This document shows, one piece after another, positions 9,506-17,729 of a stretch of 64,000 nt of DNA. Origin of the DNA: a virus; IMG/VR virus record IMGVR_UViG_3300031974_002457, positions 3,436 to 67,435 of that record. One strand, given 5' to 3'. The notes beneath the pieces are model-generated. The model ran no database searches, had not been told where the DNA came from, and saw only the letters and a program-made list of their open reading frames with translations. The translations under genes and the position numbers were made by a program. Position 1 is the first letter of the stretch. The number at the start of each line of letters is the position of its first letter.

Positions 9506-10158
9506 AAAACATAGCTGTAGTTATACCAGCAAGACTTAATAGTACTAGAATCAAACACAAAATGTTAAAGAAGTTTGGTGACGAACCTCTAATACGTCTT
9601 GTGTTTGATAAAGTACGTATGATGGGCTTTGATACATTTGTTGCTACTGATAGCAAACGTATTGCAAAGCATATACCACCTAAATGGTGTGTCATTACTG
9701 GTAAAGCCAATAACGGTACACATAGGTTGTCTAAGCGCGTTGTATTAGATTTAACAAATAGCTATGACTATATATTAAACATACAAGGTGATATGATAGA
9801 TATAAATTTAGATACTATAAACCCAATTAGAAAAGCTTTAAATGATAATGACTATAGTTGTTTAACCGCTTATACTAAAGGAGCTAAAGCAGATGATGTA
9901 AAGGTTATACATCAAAATGGTAAAGCTATGTGGTTTACAAGATCTGATATAGGATATGGTGATAGGCATTTAGGAATATATGCTTATAAACCTAGTGTAT
10001 TAAAAAGTTACAGAACACTAAAAGATAAATATCCAATAGAAAACCTAGAACAAAATAGAATACTAGGTATATACGATTTAAATGTAATTGAAACTAAATA
10101 TGAAGGATACGAAATCAACACAGAAGAAGATATTAATAGCAGGTCCTTGCTCTCTTGA
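9502..10158 (+). CDS. kdsB: CMP-Kdo synthetase (3-deoxy-manno-octulosonate cytidylyltransferase)
   Basis: VIPARLNSTR, VATD, NGTHR, NIQGD, HLGIYAY, ENLEQNR. Confidence 0.88.
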   Translation: MKNIAVVIPARLNSTRIKHKMLKKFGDEPLIRLVFDKVRMMGFDTFVATDSKRIAKHIPPKWCVITGKANNGTHRLSKRVVLDLTNSYDYILNIQGDMIDINLDTINPIRKALNDNDYSCLTAYTKGAKADDVKVIHQNGKAMWFTRSDIGYGDRHLGIYAYKPSVLKSYRTLKDKYPIENLEQNRILGIYDLNVIETKYEGYEINTEEDINSRSLLS

Positions 10159-10867
10159 AAGTGAGTTACAAGCTATTGCATTAGCTAGTGATTTACAAGA
10201 ACTAGCTGATAAATATAATTTTGATTATATATTCAAAGCTTCTTTTGATAAAGCAAACAGAACTAATTTGCATTCACCTAGAGGACTAGGATTAAAAAAA
10301 GGTATAAAGATATTCGAAAGAATAAAAAATACAATAGGTTGTAAAATTACAACCGATATACATGAACCTTGGCAAGCGGCAGAGCTATTAGATGTTGTTG
10401 ACATTGTACAGATACCTGCTTATCTATGCAGACAAACAGATTTATTAATTGCTGCTGGTAGATCTTTTTTAGGTGTTAATATAAAGAAAGGTCAGTTTAT
10501 ACAAGGTTCTAATATGATTAATGCGGTTAATAAAGTTAAAAGTACAGGTAATAGTAATATTATGCTAACTGAACGAGGTAGTATGTTTGGTATGGGTGAT
10601 CTTGTTGTAGATTTTAGACAAATCGTCGATATGAAAGAATTAGGCGTACCAGTTATAATAGACTGTACACACTCAACTCAAAGACCAAACTCAGGTAAAA
10701 CAACCGATGGTCAACCGCGCTATGCTATACACCTTGCAAAAGCTGCTAACGCTATAGGCGTTGATGGTTTCTTTTTTGAAGTACATCACGATCCTAGCAT
10801 GGCAATAAGTGATGGATCGAATATGATAAAGTTTAGTAACTTTGAGAATATATTAAAACAATTATGA
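10100..10867 (+). CDS. kdsA: Kdo-8-phosphate synthase
   Basis: IAGPC, KASFDKANRT, QIPAYLCRQTDL, NIKKGQF, TERG, DCTHSTQ. Confidence 0.93.
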   Translation: MKDTKSTQKKILIAGPCSLESELQAIALASDLQELADKYNFDYIFKASFDKANRTNLHSPRGLGLKKGIKIFERIKNTIGCKITTDIHEPWQAAELLDVVDIVQIPAYLCRQTDLLIAAGRSFLGVNIKKGQFIQGSNMINAVNKVKSTGNSNIMLTERGSMFGMGDLVVDFRQIVDMKELGVPVIIDCTHSTQRPNSGKTTDGQPRYAIHLAKAANAIGVDGFFFEVHHDPSMAISDGSNMIKFSNFENILKQL

Positions 10868-11295
10868 AAAGTAAAAGATCTTGTGACGGGTGTACTGTAT
10901 GCTGCGATGGTAGATTACTACTACATATACATGGTAACGAATGGGTAGGTAGACCCTGCCAGTTTGTAAAAGAAGGTGTAGGATGTGGTATATATAAAGA
11001 TAGACCTAAAAATCCTTGTGCTGTTTTTCAGTGTTCTTGGTTAAAGGATGAAAATTATCTTTATCCAGAGTGGCTAAAGCCAGACAAATCAAATCTATTA
11101 ATTATGGACTGGAAAAAAACTAAAACAGGTATACCATATGTTATAGCTGTTGGCGGTAGAGATGGTTACGACAAAGAATCAATGTTGTGGTTAATAGAAC
11201 ACTGTAATAAAAGAAATTTAAACTTAGAACTTATACTACAAGGTTCTAAGCATTATATAGGTAGTAAAGAATTTAGAAAATTTTTTAAAAAATGA
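10864..11295 (+). CDS. YkgJ-like cysteine-cluster protein
   Basis: CDGCTVCC...C.F....GCGIYKDRP..C..F.C.W. Confidence 0.65.
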   Translation: MKSKRSCDGCTVCCDGRLLLHIHGNEWVGRPCQFVKEGVGCGIYKDRPKNPCAVFQCSWLKDENYLYPEWLKPDKSNLLIMDWKKTKTGIPYVIAVGGRDGYDKESMLWLIEHCNKRNLNLELILQGSKHYIGSKEFRKFFKK

Positions 11296-11936
11296 GAATA
11301 TTTATAGGACACGATAGTAAATATCCGTTGGCTACTAAAGTATGTAGAAAGTCAATGGAGCTACATAATGATAATTTAGATATAACTTATGTAGATAAAG
11401 AGCATTTAAAAAGAATTAACTTTTATGGTAGAGAAGATTTGCCTGGTGAATCAACTGAGTTTTCATTTACCAGGTTTTATATACCAATGATATGTAATTA
11501 TAGTGGTATAGCTATATTTTGTGATAATGATTTTTTATGGAAGTGTGATCCGCTTGAAGTAGAAAAGTACTTAGGTGATAATGATATAGCTGTTGTAAAA
11601 CATGAAGATTACGAAGCACAATCAAACAAAATGAATGGTATAAAAAATAAATCATATCCAAGAAAAAACTGGTCTAGCCTTATTGTTTTTAATTGTTCTA
11701 AATTAAAACATTTAAGTAAAGAATATTTAGACAACGCGTCTGCTTCAGATTTACATGAATTAAAATGGGCAGACAAAATAGGTGAGATACCTAAGTCGTA
11801 TAATCATTTAGTAGGTATATACAAACCTCATAGTAAAATAAAAGCTTTACATTACACCAACGGTGGACCTTGGTTTAATGAGTATAAAAATGGAGAAAAA
11901 TCATTAGATTGGTGGACAGTATACGAAGCCTTGTAA
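11292..11936 (+). CDS. GT-A fold glycosyltransferase (GT8-like)
   Basis: IFIGHD, STEFSFTRF, DxD motif (CDND), YPRKNWSS, LHYTNGGPW. Confidence 0.8.
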   Translation: MRIFIGHDSKYPLATKVCRKSMELHNDNLDITYVDKEHLKRINFYGREDLPGESTEFSFTRFYIPMICNYSGIAIFCDNDFLWKCDPLEVEKYLGDNDIAVVKHEDYEAQSNKMNGIKNKSYPRKNWSSLIVFNCSKLKHLSKEYLDNASASDLHELKWADKIGEIPKSYNHLVGIYKPHSKIKALHYTNGGPWFNEYKNGEKSLDWWTVYEAL

Positions 11937-12709
11937 AAGATAAATCAATAATATTCGTTGGCAACTCTGTAGAGATCATGCATCATAAACATGCTGACTT
12001 TATAGATAGCCACGATATTGTTGTTAGGTTTGGTAGAGCTATAGAGGCTACACCTAAACAAGAAGAATCTATAGGTCGTAGATGTGATATATGGGTGACT
12101 GGTCAATTTAGAGCACCTATATTTAGAGAGAAAAGAAAAATGTTTGATACTAAATGGAAAGATACTAAGATATTAGTTAATAGATGTAGAGGTAATTTTC
12201 ATTTAAAAGACTTTGTTTTTGAAGATCGTTTACCAAAAGGTATGCAATATACTCAAATGTATACTGATCAAGAAATAATAGACCGTATGTCTGCTTTTAA
12301 TAAAGATGTTGGTAGTTCTAGAAAAGGTGAGAATAAAAACACATTAAGACCAAGTGCTGGTTTTATAACTATACTTTGGTTTATAGAAAAAATTAGAACA
12401 TACAAAAGTATATCGTTAATAGGCTTTGATTTTTTTGCTAAGTCTATTAATGAAAGAAGAACAGATAAAGATGGTATTACAAGTAGATGTAATCCTCATA
12501 GTTGGCATATGCCTGTTTATATGTTAGAGCACTCAGCTCATGATATGGATTTAGAACAAGAATATATGTCGTTCTTAGAAAGGAAGGGATTGTTTACTTG
12601 GCACGTGTTGAGTGATTTATCTAAAAATGATATTAAATATACCGAATGGCTTGACGGTTTAAAAAGAATAAAGTCAATTCCTAAAAGATCTAAAATATCA
12701 AAGATCTAA
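11909..12709 (+). CDS. GT29/sialyltransferase-like glycosyltransferase
   Basis: Sialylmotif-like VGNS...IDSHDIVVRF, PSAG, LIGFDFF, H....E. Confidence 0.65.
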   Translation: MVDSIRSLVKDKSIIFVGNSVEIMHHKHADFIDSHDIVVRFGRAIEATPKQEESIGRRCDIWVTGQFRAPIFREKRKMFDTKWKDTKILVNRCRGNFHLKDFVFEDRLPKGMQYTQMYTDQEIIDRMSAFNKDVGSSRKGENKNTLRPSAGFITILWFIEKIRTYKSISLIGFDFFAKSINERRTDKDGITSRCNPHSWHMPVYMLEHSAHDMDLEQEYMSFLERKGLFTWHVLSDLSKNDIKYTEWLDGLKRIKSIPKRSKISKI

Positions 12710-13267
12710 AATCTTATCTCTTTTCATACCTAAAAATTCTACATGACCAAGAGTCGCTTTAATATCATGAAGAGTAAAATAACGTTCAAACCTATTTAAC
12801 CACCAATGAGGTTGCTCTACTATAGTATGTAAATTTTTAGGCTTTTCATCTTTCATAGTCGATCTAAAATTATTTGAAGCTGGCCTTGTACATATTTTAT
12901 GGTATGTCCAATTATTAGTTTTATCGTATATAAACTGTAAAGTATTATCAAGATATTCCGGCTCAATGTGCTCCATTACGTCTGCTGAAAAACTAGCATC
13001 ACATACTGGTGGGTTTATCCACTCATCAAAAGCTGGATTACCTGGATCATATGGTATTATCTTATAATAATCCTCATAATTACTCATAAATATTTCTTGC
13101 TGTCGAGATAAAACACCTTTACCCGCACCAAAATCTAAAAGAGTTTTAGATTTAGTTAATAGCATATATTTATGTATCATCTCTTCGTAGCCTTTGCAGG
13201 CTCCACCCCAATGTCCCTTATGATGATCTCGTATAAGGGCGAGGTATTCATCGCTATATAATTTCAT
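12698..13267 (-). CDS. class I SAM-dependent methyltransferase
   Basis: LLDFGAGKG, YDPG, DVMEHI. Confidence 0.8.
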   Translation of the reverse strand: MKLYSDEYLALIRDHHKGHWGGACKGYEEMIHKYMLLTKSKTLLDFGAGKGVLSRQQEIFMSNYEDYYKIIPYDPGNPAFDEWINPPVCDASFSADVMEHIEPEYLDNTLQFIYDKTNNWTYHKICTRPASNNFRSTMKDEKPKNLHTIVEQPHWWLNRFERYFTLHDIKATLGHVEFLGMKRDKILDL

Positions 13268-13294
13268 ATTAATTTAATATTTATGTCTTGTAGA

Positions 13295-13666
13295 TTATTC
13301 TCCACATTTTTTACTGGGGTCATCTACTCTTCTCCAGTCTTCTTTTTGAAACCAGTCACGCAATGTAGCACCTTTTTTTCTAGCACCACTTACATTTGTT
13401 TTAGATGATCTTCTATATTTTCCACTAGCGCCTGAAGATCTTTTAGCGCTAACTAATTCTTTTTTCTTATCAGCTGACAAGCTATCTATTTTAGCTTTAG
13501 GCAGACAAGTCTTAGTTGTACCTCCACCTTTTTGTTTTTTCATAGGTGAAGATTTTTTACAACTACCTTTTGCACCTTGTGCAGTACCCGGTACTCTTTC
13601 ATAGCCTTTCCAACACTTCATGGGTGATGCAAGATTAGGACTTATATGTTTGTACGGGTGTGCCAT
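13295..13666 (-). CDS. small basic putative head-internal protein
   Basis: CWKGY, CLPKAK and LRDWF..EDW motifs; two SPMK copies. Confidence 0.6.
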   Translation of the reverse strand: MAHPYKHISPNLASPMKCWKGYERVPGTAQGAKGSCKKSSPMKKQKGGGTTKTCLPKAKIDSLSADKKKELVSAKRSSGASGKYRRSSKTNVSGARKKGATLRDWFQKEDWRRVDDPSKKCGE

Positions 13667-14136
13667 TATACTTTACCTTGTGTACATCTAACACCCCAAC
13701 CAGAGGCGTAAGCGCTAGGCCACACTTTAAATTTCTTTTTAGCTCTTGCTTTACATGAAGCAGAGATCTTACTCATTAAAGGTGATTTAGGTTTTAATTT
13801 AAAAGGTGATGCCATACCTCCTCTAGGTTCATGAACATATTGCTTACCACCATACATCTGTTTTTCAGTCATTTTAGCTTTATGAGCAAACTCAGCTTCT
13901 TGTTTTTTCTTTTTATAATCTTCCATCTGCTTTCTCTCTTTATCAATATATGATAACATTTGTTTTTGTCTTTGACCAGATTCAGTGACTCTTTTTAACC
14001 CATCACCTTCAGGTCTTTGTGGATTTCTGACATCTTCCTTAGTTTTTCTGCTGAATCCAAGCTTAGCAGGAGATTTTTTCTTTTCAGCCATACTCGCATG
14101 AGCGGCTTTTTGTTGTTCGTAATTTTTATATCCCAT
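13666..14136 (-). CDS. small basic putative head-internal protein
   Basis: C-terminal KFKVWPSAYASG motif; SPAK, SPFK, SPLM. Confidence 0.6.
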   Translation of the reverse strand: MGYKNYEQQKAAHASMAEKKKSPAKLGFSRKTKEDVRNPQRPEGDGLKRVTESGQRQKQMLSYIDKERKQMEDYKKKKQEAEFAHKAKMTEKQMYGGKQYVHEPRGGMASPFKLKPKSPLMSKISASCKARAKKKFKVWPSAYASGWGVRCTQGKV

Positions 14137-14147
14137 GATTTATATAT

Positions 14148-14516
14148 TTAACAGTTCCATCTACGTCTAGCAGCTCGACCTCTTTCACCGGTCCAGCCTT
14201 TTGATCTAGCGCAAAACGATTTTCTTCTTTTAGCAGCTTTACTACCAGGTTTAAGCTTTGATGGCTTAGTTGTTACTGCTGTTTTTAATTTACTACCTGG
14301 ATTATTTCTTTTGTACTCATCAACTCCTTTTTGTGTCATACCACCACCTGCATCAGCACCAGTGCCAGTTGGATTAGCTTTATTAAAGTTTTTACCTGGT
14401 CCTATTGTTCTACGTGGATCTGCTTTTTTTAAAGGAGACTCACCACCATCTTGCATAAACGTTCTACGTCTACCGCAGCTAGTTACTTTAAAAGGGTTAT
14501 TTTTTTGTACGTACAT
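14148..14516 (-). CDS. small basic conserved phage protein (DUF6321-like)
   Basis: GGMTQKG...NPGSKLK...RRKSFCAR...WNC; leader MYVQKNNPF. Confidence 0.65.
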   Translation of the reverse strand: MYVQKNNPFKVTSCGRRRTFMQDGGESPLKKADPRRTIGPGKNFNKANPTGTGADAGGGMTQKGVDEYKRNNPGSKLKTAVTTKPSKLKPGSKAAKRRKSFCARSKGWTGERGRAARRRWNC

Positions 14517-14517
14517 A

Positions 14518-15528
14518 TTATATATCTATTATAGTTGTAGTTTGTTTTATCAATTCATCTCCTATTAATCCACCATCCCATGTTCCTTGTAAAACATCTC
14601 CATTAAAAACTAAATTTCCTGCAGCATCTTTTTTTGGTATAAATTTTCCTTTACCTAGTTGATCAAAGTTTTTCATACCATAACCATCAAACCAATTACC
14701 ATATTTACCTCCTTTTTCGTGTTTAAACCAGTGACCAGCTGTTCCTCTTTGACCAGTTGGGGTAATATGGTGAACTTTATCCATAACAGGATAGTTAATA
14801 CCTTGTGAAGTAACTTTATATTTTTTACCAGTTGCCTCATCAACCCAGTCTATTGATTTTCCTCCACCACCAGTTGATCTTATAAAAGATACTTTTTGTC
14901 CATTATCTATAGTAGCTTCCATTACAGATCTATTTGATACATCACCGGCATATTTTAGATTAAGGGTTTTAGTATTATTAAAATTTTTTGCATTATCAAT
15001 TAATTTATTTCCAGCAACCACACTATTTCTTACACCTTCTTTGTTAGTTTGATTCCAATAACCCGTAACATTTCCATTAGGTGCATAAGGAGTACCGTGC
15101 GATTCAACATGCTTTAGCATATCGTCTTCACCCATGTTAAATTTTCCTTTTGTTGTTTTACTAACATTTTTAACATCCTTTGCTTTATCACTAAAACCTA
15201 AAACTCTTTTAAGTTTACCCATGTGTTTAGCTATTTTAGTCCCACCAGCTGCCCAACCAGCACCTGGAATCATAGCTGCACCAGATAAAGCAGCATCACC
15301 ATATTTTCCTTGTTTTGCATACCAAGAAGCATTTATTCCATCTGCTACCTCACCAATACCTGGAATCATACCTAAAACATCTAATGCTAAATGTCCTGTA
15401 TCACTTGCTGTCCACTTTTCATCTTTTATATTTTTCTCTTCAGGATTTATTTTTTTCTCTGGTTTTTTACCACCGGTCATTTTAAGAGGTCCTTTTTTTT
15501 GAAAAGGATTATTTTTTTGTACGTACAT
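14518..15528 (-). CDS. pre-toxin-TG domain protein (polymorphic toxin-like), C-terminal domain unknown
   Basis: LDVLGMIPGIGEVADGINASWY..G.Y.DAALSGAAMIPGAG; leader MYVQKNNPF. Confidence 0.6.
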   Translation of the reverse strand: MYVQKNNPFQKKGPLKMTGGKKPEKKINPEEKNIKDEKWTASDTGHLALDVLGMIPGIGEVADGINASWYAKQGKYGDAALSGAAMIPGAGWAAGGTKIAKHMGKLKRVLGFSDKAKDVKNVSKTTKGKFNMGEDDMLKHVESHGTPYAPNGNVTGYWNQTNKEGVRNSVVAGNKLIDNAKNFNNTKTLNLKYAGDVSNRSVMEATIDNGQKVSFIRSTGGGGKSIDWVDEATGKKYKVTSQGINYPVMDKVHHITPTGQRGTAGHWFKHEKGGKYGNWFDGYGMKNFDQLGKGKFIPKKDAAGNLVFNGDVLQGTWDGGLIGDELIKQTTTIIDI

Positions 15529-15989
15529 TATATTACCATGTATTTCGTTTTACCGTCTTCACGATAAGCTTTTAAGCATCTTTTTCTATTTTCACCTGGG
15601 TTAGTATAACTTACATGTACCCAGTCAGGATTTTGATCTGTACCAAACTCCCATATCATTTGATCGAAGTCTAAATTAGCTTTAATCCAATCATACATAG
15701 CAGCATTAGAAGCATGTCCATAAGTATCATCAATATCAATTGCTTGCCCGTGGCAATGCTGTGATTTTGCAGATCCGCCAATAGCTTTGTTAAGTTCAGG
15801 TCCACGATAGAACGAATTGATCTTTATAGGACCTCCTACGTGTATTCTAAGAGGTTCAAATACTTTTTCTGCTAAAAGCTTCATGTTTTGTAAATGAGTG
15901 TCTGTAGGATCATTTTTTAAACCTAGCCTTAAAGCTGTTATACTGTGTACACCTTCTTTGTAACTTATGTGTTTACTTATTCTATCCAT
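15528..15989 (-). CDS. peptidase M15 family endolysin
   Basis: SFYR...N..IGG...SQH..GQAID...WVHVSY zinc ligands. Confidence 0.85.
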   Translation of the reverse strand: MDRISKHISYKEGVHSITALRLGLKNDPTDTHLQNMKLLAEKVFEPLRIHVGGPIKINSFYRGPELNKAIGGSAKSQHCHGQAIDIDDTYGHASNAAMYDWIKANLDFDQMIWEFGTDQNPDWVHVSYTNPGENRKRCLKAYREDGKTKYMVI

Positions 15990-16536
15990 TTATTTTATCT
16001 TTTACATAGTTAAACATATCATTACCAATTTTTTCACCAAGATCAGAGTCGGATTTAAAATGTGCTCTACCAACCCTTCTACTCATTGATATATCTTTAC
16101 CTTCTTTTTCAAACTCAGCTTTGTGTTGTGGGTATAGTTTACCTAATGCTTTACCTATTAAAACCCCCTGTACTGAATGACCTGAAGGATATGATGGTGT
16201 TTTCATTGAATCCATTTCAATATCATCAAGCTTCATACCAAAACTACCAGCTAAATGCTTAGGTCTAGGTCTTTTAAAATGATTTTTTAATTTTAAAACT
16301 TTAGGAGCACTTTCATCTATTAAAGCTTTTACTAGTTCTTTAGGATAAGGTAAACCTTTAGCTTTTGTTATTTTTTTAAAAGCAAACTCTTGATTATCTT
16401 TTTCTTTAACAAAACTAGGATCTTTACGCATCCCGTTTATTTCTTTTAGTTCTTTTAATGTTGTTAAGGAATTATCTTTTGGCGGTTTAATATTTTTATA
16501 TTTTTCAATATCAAAACCAGATAAAATTCCTTTCAT
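15982..16536 (-). CDS. PAP2/haloperoxidase-superfamily phosphatase
   Basis: K....RPRP, SYPSGH, SR.....HF.SD. Confidence 0.8.
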   Translation of the reverse strand: MKGILSGFDIEKYKNIKPPKDNSLTTLKELKEINGMRKDPSFVKEKDNQEFAFKKITKAKGLPYPKELVKALIDESAPKVLKLKNHFKRPRPKHLAGSFGMKLDDIEMDSMKTPSYPSGHSVQGVLIGKALGKLYPQHKAEFEKEGKDISMSRRVGRAHFKSDSDLGEKIGNDMFNYVKDKING

Positions 16537-16676
16537 TATTTTTTTATTATTTTCTTAATAGCTTTAGCTTTAGATTTTATTTCTTCAGCTTTAGCAATAA
16601 TAATATCATCAACAGTAGTTTTACTCCAAAGTAAAGTCCACACGTCAATCCAATATTGTTTAGTTAATTTCCACAT
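16536..16676 (-). CDS. small amphipathic protein, 46 aa (MWKLTKQYWIDVWTLLWSK...)
   Basis: Read from the sequence; TAATG coupling to the next gene. Confidence 0.6.
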   Translation of the reverse strand: MWKLTKQYWIDVWTLLWSKTTVDDIIIAKAEEIKSKAKAIKKIIKK

Positions 16677-16687
16677 AATTTATTTAT

Positions 16688-16729
16688 TTAGCATCCGCAA
16701 CAAAACGGACAGTTAGGTATTCCACACAT
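16688..16729 (-). CDS. 13-aa cysteine-rich peptide MCGIPNCPFCCGC
   Basis: ATG four nt after the thioredoxin-like stop; fills the gap; GC-richer than the surrounding spacers. Confidence 0.5.
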   Translation of the reverse strand: MCGIPNCPFCCGC

Positions 16730-16733
16730 AATT

Positions 16734-17141
16734 TTAAAATTTACTTGCTTGGTTAATTTCGTTTACAGTTTCTTGTATTTCTTGTAAGTCAGTTGGTAAA
16801 GCTAAATCCAAACCAGCTTTGAAACTAGCTTCTCTTATGCCATCTTTAAATATTAATATGGTCGGCGCCATACGTATTTTATATTTTTTCTTAGCATTTG
16901 GAGCTTTTGCAATATCAACCCTGTAATAAACTGCGTTCTGTATCTTGTCCCATTCGGCAAAGCAGTTGTCTTTATTAAATTCAGCCCAAAACTCAACAAC
17001 AACGGGTTTATCATTGTTATCACCAAAAGCGCTGTTATTATTAATTTTTTCTTCAAAGTCTGAATCATTGATCCAGTATTTAGTTGGTACATCTGATTGG
17101 CTAAATGATATAAATGTTATTAAAATTGGTAAGTATTTCAT
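16734..17141 (-). CDS. secreted thioredoxin-fold protein lacking CXXC
   Basis: Short hydrophobic N-terminus; PVVVEFWAEFN, cis-Pro loop IRMAPTILIFKDG. Confidence 0.7.
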   Translation of the reverse strand: MKYLPILITFISFSQSDVPTKYWINDSDFEEKINNNSAFGDNNDKPVVVEFWAEFNKDNCFAEWDKIQNAVYYRVDIAKAPNAKKKYKIRMAPTILIFKDGIREASFKAGLDLALPTDLQEIQETVNEINQASKF

Positions 17142-17425
17142 TATCTTCGTTGTTGTAGTTCATATAATCTTTGATCAATTTTATCTAGCTGTTCCTGTAT
17201 TGCCTCAACATCATCTTGTGTATCTAAAATTGTCTGACGTATCAACTCGTCTTTAAGATCATATTCTACACGATCGATAACAGGTTTAGGTAGTTCTTTA
17301 GCGAGTGCTATATCAGCCTGTAGCGTAAACCACATTGCTGCTAAGCTAAACACTCCTGCCCCAGCTAAACCTATAGTTTTTAAGTCTATTGTAACTTTAG
17401 TTTCTTCACTAATTTGCTTTGCCAT
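17141..17425 (-). CDS. single-TM coiled-coil membrane protein
   Basis: N-terminal TM segment, C-terminal heptads; N-terminus resembles 17409..17729. Confidence 0.55.
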   Translation of the reverse strand: MAKQISEETKVTIDLKTIGLAGAGVFSLAAMWFTLQADIALAKELPKPVIDRVEYDLKDELIRQTILDTQDDVEAIQEQLDKIDQRLYELQQRR

Positions 17426-17729
17426 TATATTGATCTTCTAATTCTTTAATTAAATCTTGTAATTTTTCTACATCTTTCTGTAGATATTCAATTCTTAAAT
17501 CTTGTTTAGCGTCATCTGGTAATGCACCCATTTCACCGCGTGGCCATTTAATTCTAAACTCATCGTTTAGTGTTTGATTATACTCAAGCCTCATTATTGA
17601 AGATTCAATAACACTTATTTTACCTGTTAAATCAAACCATATGCCAGCTATAGATACAATACCTACCACTATACCTATTAATGTTTTTATGTCGAGTTTT
17701 ACTTGTGATTTTTCTGATAGTTCTTCCAT
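17409..17729 (-). CDS. single-TM coiled-coil membrane protein
   Basis: LDIKTLIGIVVGIVSIAGIW TM segment, then coiled coil. Confidence 0.55.
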   Translation of the reverse strand: MEELSEKSQVKLDIKTLIGIVVGIVSIAGIWFDLTGKISVIESSIMRLEYNQTLNDEFRIKWPRGEMGALPDDAKQDLRIEYLQKDVEKLQDLIKELEDQYNGKAN

